Below are positions 29,533 to 34,349 of a stretch of DNA of 34,349 bases, piece by piece; positions within the stretch are counted from its first letter, which is position 1, and every line of letters starts with the position of its first letter. This DNA comes from Bacteroidales bacterium (GTDB taxonomy: Bacteria > Bacteroidota > Bacteroidia > Bacteroidales > UBA4181). The stretch covers positions 1 to 34,349 of the forward strand of contig JAQVSH010000001.1 of NCBI GenBank assembly GCA_028700615.1, given 5' to 3'. Both the position numbers and the translations under genes were made by a program. Under the pieces are notes generated by a model, which saw nothing but the letters and a program-made list of their open reading frames with translations, made no database searches and had not been told where the DNA came from.

Positions 29533-30138
29533 TCAAATAACAGTTGCGGCCTTCTCCGCCATGGCCGTCAGTATGGAATGAAATATAGTATAAAATAAGG
29601 TATAAAAAAGCAGAAACAATCCGCATGAAACCGCAATAAGCCATATTCTTTTTTCTTCAGCCAGATCATGAAACAAAAATATGGTCCCTTTATACATAAG
29701 AACCAAAGAATACAAGCCCAGCATCAAAATCAACTTCAGCTCAGGAAATAAAAAAACAATCATCCCGGCAAAATATGTCGGCGTTAAAGAATAAGCATAC
29801 AGTACAAAAAACTTCCCGGGTTGTTTTTTCAATCCAAACTCCGGGGCCATCTCACTGGTTAACCAACCCGCGCCGAAAAGAGCAATCATCCAGGTTAGAA
29901 AAACAGAAAAAACAGTATAAAACAAAAAATTCCATGCAAACACCAAGCGGGACTCAAATAAAAAATACCCCACACCTGCCGCCAGGGAAAGCAAAACACA
30001 CCAAGGCAAAGCAAAAGAAAAAAAAGCGGTTCCTTTTCCTGTTTTTTCAGCAACAATTTGCTCCCACTCAGACTCTGGAGAAAGTATAAGAAATTTTGAC
30101 CGCCTTCCGGCCATCACGGCAATTGAACGCAAATTCAT
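29533..30138 (-). CDS. YIP1-family membrane protein
   Basis: About 200 aa with 5 hydrophobic segments. The N-terminal FLILSPESEWEQI motif is typical of bacterial Yip1-domain proteins. The ATG at 30138 avoids overlap with the divergent miaA start; the ORF-track start is 30201. Confidence 0.6.
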   Translation of the reverse strand: MNLRSIAVMAGRRSKFLILSPESEWEQIVAEKTGKGTAFFSFALPWCVLLSLAAGVGYFLFESRLVFAWNFLFYTVFSVFLTWMIALFGAGWLTSEMAPEFGLKKQPGKFFVLYAYSLTPTYFAGMIVFLFPELKLILMLGLYSLVLMYKGTIFLFHDLAEEKRIWLIAVSCGLFLLFYTLFYTIFHSILTAMAEKAATVI

Positions 30139-30193
30139 GGAGCAATTATTGTGCTGCAAAATTCGTATTTTTATCGGATAAAAAAAACCATTT

Positions 30194-31123
30194 ATGGCCA
30201 ATCCCTACAACCTGATTGTCATCACAGGACCCACCGCGACCGGAAAAACATCCGTTGCCGCAAACCTCGCATTACAACTTGGAGGCGAAATAATCAGCGC
30301 AGACTCCAGACAGGTATACCGCGGGATGACACTTGGAACCGGCAAAGACCTGGCCGAATACACCATCGGCGACAAAAAAATCCCATACCACCTGATCGAC
30401 ATCGCCGATGCCGGCTACCAATACAACGTCTACGAATACCAACGCGACTTCCTAAAAGCCTTTGACCAAATCCAAAAAAGAAAAAACACCCCCATCCTCT
30501 GCGGAGGATCCGGACTATACCTCCAAGCCGCCATCGAAGGCTACCGCCTCATCAGCGTACCACCCGACCCCGCCCTCAGAGCAACCCTTGAACAACAAAG
30601 CGACCAGACCCTCATCGACCATTTGGCCTCCTTCAAAACACTCCACAACCACACCGACACCGACACCCGCAAACGACTCATCCGAGCCATAGAAATCGAA
30701 GAATACTACACCGCCCATCAAGTCACTGACAAAGAATACCCCCCCATCCATCCCCTCCTCATCGGAATCAACCTCGACCTCCAACTCCGTAGAGACCGCA
30801 TCACCCAAAGACTCCAACAAAGACTCGACCAAGGCATGATCGGCGAAGTCAAAACACTCCTTGACCAGGGACTCACCCCCGAACAAATAGAATACTACGG
30901 CCTTGAATATAAATTCATTGTTCGCCACCTCACCGGACAACTCGATTACCAACAAATGTTTCAGGGACTCAACACCGCCATTCACCAATTTGCCAAACGC
31001 CAAATGACCTGGTTCAGAAGAATGGAAAAAAACGGACACCACATCCACTGGATAGACGCAACCCTCCCCATGGACCACAAAATCCAACAAATTCTCACCC
31101 TCTTCCGGATGGAAAACAATTAA
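30194..31123 (+). CDS. miaA: tRNA dimethylallyltransferase (tRNA i6A37 synthase)
   Basis: Contains the VITGPTATGKTS P-loop, ISADSRQVYRGMTLGTGK and QFAKRQMTWFRR. Codon usage is highly atypical for this window (see findings). Confidence 0.93.
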   Translation: MANPYNLIVITGPTATGKTSVAANLALQLGGEIISADSRQVYRGMTLGTGKDLAEYTIGDKKIPYHLIDIADAGYQYNVYEYQRDFLKAFDQIQKRKNTPILCGGSGLYLQAAIEGYRLISVPPDPALRATLEQQSDQTLIDHLASFKTLHNHTDTDTRKRLIRAIEIEEYYTAHQVTDKEYPPIHPLLIGINLDLQLRRDRITQRLQQRLDQGMIGEVKTLLDQGLTPEQIEYYGLEYKFIVRHLTGQLDYQQMFQGLNTAIHQFAKRQMTWFRRMEKNGHHIHWIDATLPMDHKIQQILTLFRMENN

Positions 31124-31137
31124 AATCCATCCCCCTC

Positions 31138-31168
31138 CTTGCAAATCCCATCCATTTTTGTACATTTG
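31138..31168 (+). promoter_or_regulatory. Candidate Bacteroidota promoter for tRNA-Ser(GCT): cTTG (-33) N19 TACATTTG (-7)
   Basis: TACATTTG (31161-31168) matches TAnnTTTG. A TTG at 31139-31141 lies 19 nt upstream. The mature tRNA 5' end is at 31180. Confidence 0.4.
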
Positions 31169-31179
31169 CCTCACTTTTT

Positions 31180-31267
<88 letters not shown>

Positions 31268-31269
<2 letters not shown>

Positions 31270-31408
31270 AAAAGCCAACTCACGAAAAAGCAGCGATTCA
31301 TCGCTGCTTTTTTTATACACAAAGGCTGCTGAAAGCTTGCTTTCAAGCAGCCTTTTGTATAAAAATAAAGATTGCGAAGCAACTACTATTTCGTGAGTTG
31401 GCTTTTTG
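31268..31408. repeat. 141-bp non-coding element bounded by a perfect 20-bp inverted repeat, enclosing two hairpins
   Basis: CAAAAAGCCAACTCACGAAA (31268-31287) is the exact reverse complement of TTTCGTGAGTTGGCTTTTTG (31389-31408). The left arm starts inside the tRNA CCA end. The interior holds hairpins at 31285-31316 and 31321-31355. Confidence 0.7.
31285..31316 (+). terminator. Rho-independent terminator-like hairpin after tRNA-Ser(GCT)
   Basis: The stem gcagcga (31290-31296) pairs with tcgctgc (31301-31307) around the loop ttca. It is extended by A/T pairs and followed by a T-run (31308-31314). Confidence 0.65.
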
Positions 31409-31776
31409 AAGCCCTCCCCACAGGGGATCACGAGCGAAGCGAGTAATCCCCCCGTCCCTCCACCCGGACAGTCGATAAATTTTATTCTGAAATTTATTGA
31501 AAATCAATTCAAAAAAGATGCCCCCTAAAGGATACCTCTATGGATTTTTTTGTAAATTGCTATCCATAACAACTGCAGCATCGCATTGAAAAACACAGAC
31601 ATGAACTACGGAACTCTTTTCCCGTCTTTATTGGTATTTCCCTATCCTTTTTCTGAAAAGACCTCATTCGTCCAATCCGGATATAAACGCAATACATTTC
31701 GTTTGCACAAATGTTGTAGCCAATTTAAAAAAGCTCACTGTGCAAAAATCGAATATTCATTTGATAACTATAATTG

Positions 31777-31784
31777 TATATTTG
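31777..31784 (+). promoter_or_regulatory. Candidate -7 promoter box (TATATTTG) for the three-gene island operon
   Basis: Perfect TAnnTTTG match ending 4 nt before the ATG at 31789. A second near-match, TATAATTG, lies at 31769-31776. No correctly spaced -33 TTTG is seen. Confidence 0.3.
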
Positions 31785-31788
31785 TGAC

Positions 31789-32583
31789 ATGGGATACAAA
31801 GCAAGAAATTATACAGACCAAACAATAAAAAAGCTCTTTGGGCTTTCTGGTAATTTATGTGCCTTCCCGGGCTGTAATAATCGTTTGCTTAATGATAAAA
31901 ATGCTTTGGATTCAAATATTTGTCATATTGAAGCTGCAAATGAGGGTGGTGAGAGGTATAACCCCAATATGACAGACGAACAAAGAGCGGATTATGAAAA
32001 TCTCATCCTTTTATGCAGACAATGTCACGATAAGACAAATGATGAAAGTGTTTATACGGTTGAAGCATTAAAGGAAATGAAACGAATCCATGAAAGTAAT
32101 TACCTGAATCAACGTATTAACAACAATCCATCGATGCTGAAAAATGCAATCAATGCAATATCATTTATATCATTGGATGGCATTGATAAAATGGAATCTT
32201 TAAATACTTATAATCCCAAGGTTAAGTTAAATTATAACCAAGTGAAGTTTAATTTTTCTCTTATTCAAGAATATAAGGTTTATCATGAAAAGATAAATAT
32301 TTTGTATGATGAACTTGAAGCTCAGGGTTCAATAAAAAAGGAAAAATTATTATATAACATAGAACAATTGTACCTTAAAATAAAAGGAAAGTATGTTTTA
32401 GATTCTGATGAACCAATTGAAATAATTCGAAAGAACTCTGATAATATAATAAATGATATTTTTGATGAATTATATTTACGCTTGGGAAATTCTATTTTTT
32501 TTGATGAAGATATAATATTGGGTATTAGGTTAATAATGGTTGATGCATTTATTCGATGTAAAATTCTTGAAGAACCAAAATGA
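31789..32583 (+). CDS. HNH (beta-beta-alpha-Me) nuclease fused to a ~170-aa helical C-terminal domain; putative effector of a three-component ABC-ATPase conflict system
   Basis: The N-terminal ~90 aa carry CAFPGC...ICHIEAANEGGERYNP...YENLILLCRQCHDKTND. That is two Cys pairs forming a Zn knuckle, a catalytic His in HIEA, and Asn in NLILLC. The remainder looks helical by eye. The ATG at 31789 is preferred over the TTG at 31774. The stop overlaps the next start (ATGA). Confidence 0.75.
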   Translation: MGYKARNYTDQTIKKLFGLSGNLCAFPGCNNRLLNDKNALDSNICHIEAANEGGERYNPNMTDEQRADYENLILLCRQCHDKTNDESVYTVEALKEMKRIHESNYLNQRINNNPSMLKNAINAISFISLDGIDKMESLNTYNPKVKLNYNQVKFNFSLIQEYKVYHEKINILYDELEAQGSIKKEKLLYNIEQLYLKIKGKYVLDSDEPIEIIRKNSDNIINDIFDELYLRLGNSIFFDEDIILGIRLIMVDAFIRCKILEEPK

Positions 32584-32813
32584 TAATAAGCAAAGACATA
32601 AACCCAGAAAGAGATTATTATTATCTTGGAGCTAAGGTTATAGAAATACTTGCAAAAACAGAGGATAAAAAACACGACTATTTTTCGACTTTTGAAGAAT
32701 TAAAATCTTCTGAAAATATCTCTATTAGCCTATTTACACTTACTTTAGATTGGTTATTTTTATTAGGTGCTATTGACAAATCTGATAAGGGATTTATTAC
32801 AAAATGTTTCTAA
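32580..32813 (+). CDS. Small (77 aa) protein; putative middle component/adaptor of the three-component system
   Basis: Overlapping stop/start junctions on both sides (ATGA with the HNH gene, 10-nt overlap with the ATPase gene) suggest translational coupling. No TM segment or signal peptide. Contains the hydrophobic motif LTLDWLFLLGAI. The size and position match the 'middle component' of predicted ABC-3C operons. Confidence 0.6.
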   Translation: MIISKDINPERDYYYLGAKVIEILAKTEDKKHDYFSTFEELKSSENISISLFTLTLDWLFLLGAIDKSDKGFITKCF

Positions 32814-34339
32814 AAAAACTGAACATATATAATGAGGCTAAATTGGTTAGGGAAATACCTTTTCATAAAGGCATTAACCTGATTGTAGATGAAACTAAAT
32901 CACAAAACAAAACTGAATCTGGAAATAGTGTAGGTAAAACAACAGTTTTGAGATTAATAGATTTTTGTCTTGATGGTGATGGAAAAAATATTTATATCGA
33001 CCCAGAATTTAAGACTACCAACAAAAAAATTGAACAGTTTTTAAAGGAAAACAATATTCTAATATCTCTTACATTAGTTGAAAATATTGACGATTTAAAC
33101 TCGAAGGAAATTGTAATAGAGAGAAACTTTTTAAGTTATAAACATAAGATTCAAAGAGTAAATGGGGAATCATTAAACAATGATGATTTTCCTAAAATAT
33201 TGAAAGAATTAATTTTTAATACTCAAAGTGATAAGCCAACATTCAAACAACTAAAGTCGAAAAATATCCGTGATGAAAAGAATAAACTAATTCATACTCT
33301 TAAAGTATTGGATGCTTTTACGACAGGTGTTGAGTATGAATTACTTTTCTTATTTTGGCTTGGCATTGATACAGATAGCTCAAAAGATAAGCTTGTTAGA
33401 GATAAAAATCTCGAAGAAAAATTACAAACTCGCCTTCGAAAAGAAAGTAATTTGTCTCAAATTAATCAATCTCTTATTATTGTAAATAAGGAGATTGCTG
33501 AGTTAAATAGAAAAAAAGAGTCTTTTAATCTAAATGAAAAATACGAAGAAGAACTTCAACATCTTAATCAAATCAAATTAAAAATAAATCAAGTATCTAC
33601 TAAGCTTTCTCGTCTTGAGTTGCGAAAGGAATTAATTATTGAGAGTAAAATAAATCTGGAACAGGATTTTGCTGAAATTGATACTGAGCAGATTAAAAGA
33701 ATGTATGATAAGGCTAAATCATTAATTCCAAATATTCAAAAAACATTTGAACAGACTTTGTCTTTTCACAATGAGATGATTCAGCAAAAAATTTCATATA
33801 TAACTGAGGAACTTCCTAGTTTAGAGCACGAGATAAATAAGGAAAAAAGAAATCTCAACTCTTTTATTCTTCAGGAGAAATCCCTTTCGGAATCATTAAA
33901 TAAAGCAGGAGCTATAGATGACCTTCAAATTATTATCAATGAATTAAATTCTTTTTATGAGAGGAAAGGTAATCTTGAAGAACAAAAGCGACTATGGGAA
34001 AAATCGAACGATAATTTAAATCAAATCAATAATAAACTAGATGTGATAAATAAAAGCATCCTATCGAAAGATGAATTGATACAGAAACGGATTGAAGAAT
34101 TTAATGTGTTTTTTTCAGATATATCAAGTAGGTTGGATGGATTGTATTCATTATTAAGTGCAGAAAATGAAGATGGTGTTTATAAATTTAAAATAGGAAA
34201 TATTGAAGGAAATCCAGGCACTGGTAGTAAAAAAAGTCAAATGGCATCTTTTGACTTAGCATATATTAAATTTGCAGACTCTCTTGGTATTCCTTGTCTT
34301 CACTTTGTATCGCAAGACCAAATTGAAAATGTTCACTGA
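32804..34339 (+). CDS. ABC/SMC-like ATPase with long coiled-coil insert (DUF2326-like); possibly truncated or split at its 3' end
   Basis: The N-terminal ABC head is FLKKLNIYN...IPFHKGINLIVDE...SGNSVGKTTVLRLIDFCL, which includes Walker A. Heptad-rich coiled coil spans about 230 aa (roughly aa 195-430). The C-terminus has GTGSKKSQMASFDLAY (signature-like) and IPCLHFVSQD (Walker-B-like). The ORF stops 6 codons later, 10 nt before the window end. Confidence 0.7.
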   Translation: MFLKKLNIYNEAKLVREIPFHKGINLIVDETKSQNKTESGNSVGKTTVLRLIDFCLDGDGKNIYIDPEFKTTNKKIEQFLKENNILISLTLVENIDDLNSKEIVIERNFLSYKHKIQRVNGESLNNDDFPKILKELIFNTQSDKPTFKQLKSKNIRDEKNKLIHTLKVLDAFTTGVEYELLFLFWLGIDTDSSKDKLVRDKNLEEKLQTRLRKESNLSQINQSLIIVNKEIAELNRKKESFNLNEKYEEELQHLNQIKLKINQVSTKLSRLELRKELIIESKINLEQDFAEIDTEQIKRMYDKAKSLIPNIQKTFEQTLSFHNEMIQQKISYITEELPSLEHEINKEKRNLNSFILQEKSLSESLNKAGAIDDLQIIINELNSFYERKGNLEEQKRLWEKSNDNLNQINNKLDVINKSILSKDELIQKRIEEFNVFFSDISSRLDGLYSLLSAENEDGVYKFKIGNIEGNPGTGSKKSQMASFDLAYIKFADSLGIPCLHFVSQDQIENVH

Positions 34340-34349
34340 AATCAAATTA

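Noticed and set aside
29079-29540. A 153-aa plus-strand ORF antisense to smpB.
   Set aside because: It lies fully within the canonical smpB gene on the opposite strand and has no recognisable domains. It is a typical shadow ORF.
31586-31828. An 80-aa ORF upstream of and overlapping the HNH gene start.
   Set aside because: It has a non-ATG start in the track, no recognisable motifs, and it overlaps the better-supported HNH start and candidate promoter. It is probably intergenic or promoter sequence.

Overview
The window looks like a Bacteroidota chromosomal segment. This rests on gene content, TAnnTTTG-type promoter boxes and a dcw cluster lacking murF and ddl. About 31 kb is housekeeping.

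Gene order:
- 3' end of rpoA, rplQ, then a UbiD-family decarboxylase.
- Minus strand: a PafA-like alkaline-phosphatase-fold protein, ychF, and a GNAT N-acyltransferase plus PlsC-type acyltransferase pair.
- Plus strand: the complete dcw cluster mraZ-rsmH-ftsL-ftsI-murE-mraY-murD-ftsW-murG-murC-ftsQ-ftsA-ftsZ (7.7-23.0 kb).
- Minus strand: exbB-orf108-exbD-exbD, tRNA-Ser(GGA), tatD, gdhA, dprA, smpB and a YIP1-family membrane protein.
- Plus strand: miaA and tRNA-Ser(GCT).

The sequence changes character directly 3' of tRNA-Ser(GCT). First comes a 141-bp non-coding element bounded by a perfect 20-bp inverted repeat, then a degenerate tRNA-3'-end-like segment. An AT-rich island follows and runs off the window. 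It carries a tightly overlapping three-gene operon: an HNH nuclease with a helical C-terminal domain, a 77-aa protein, and a Walker-A plus long coiled-coil ABC/SMC-like ATPase. I read this as a candidate three-component conflict (anti-phage) system of the computationally predicted ABC-3C / Lamassu-like type. It is the main finding.

Secondary observations:
- a strong strand-fixed A+C skew and aberrant codon usage over miaA;
- a PafA homologue whose catalytic and metal-ligand motifs are almost all substituted;
- MraZ-box repeats upstream of mraZ;
- an ATPase ORF that stops right after its Walker-B-like motif at the window edge.

No rRNA, CRISPR array, transposase or integrase is visible.
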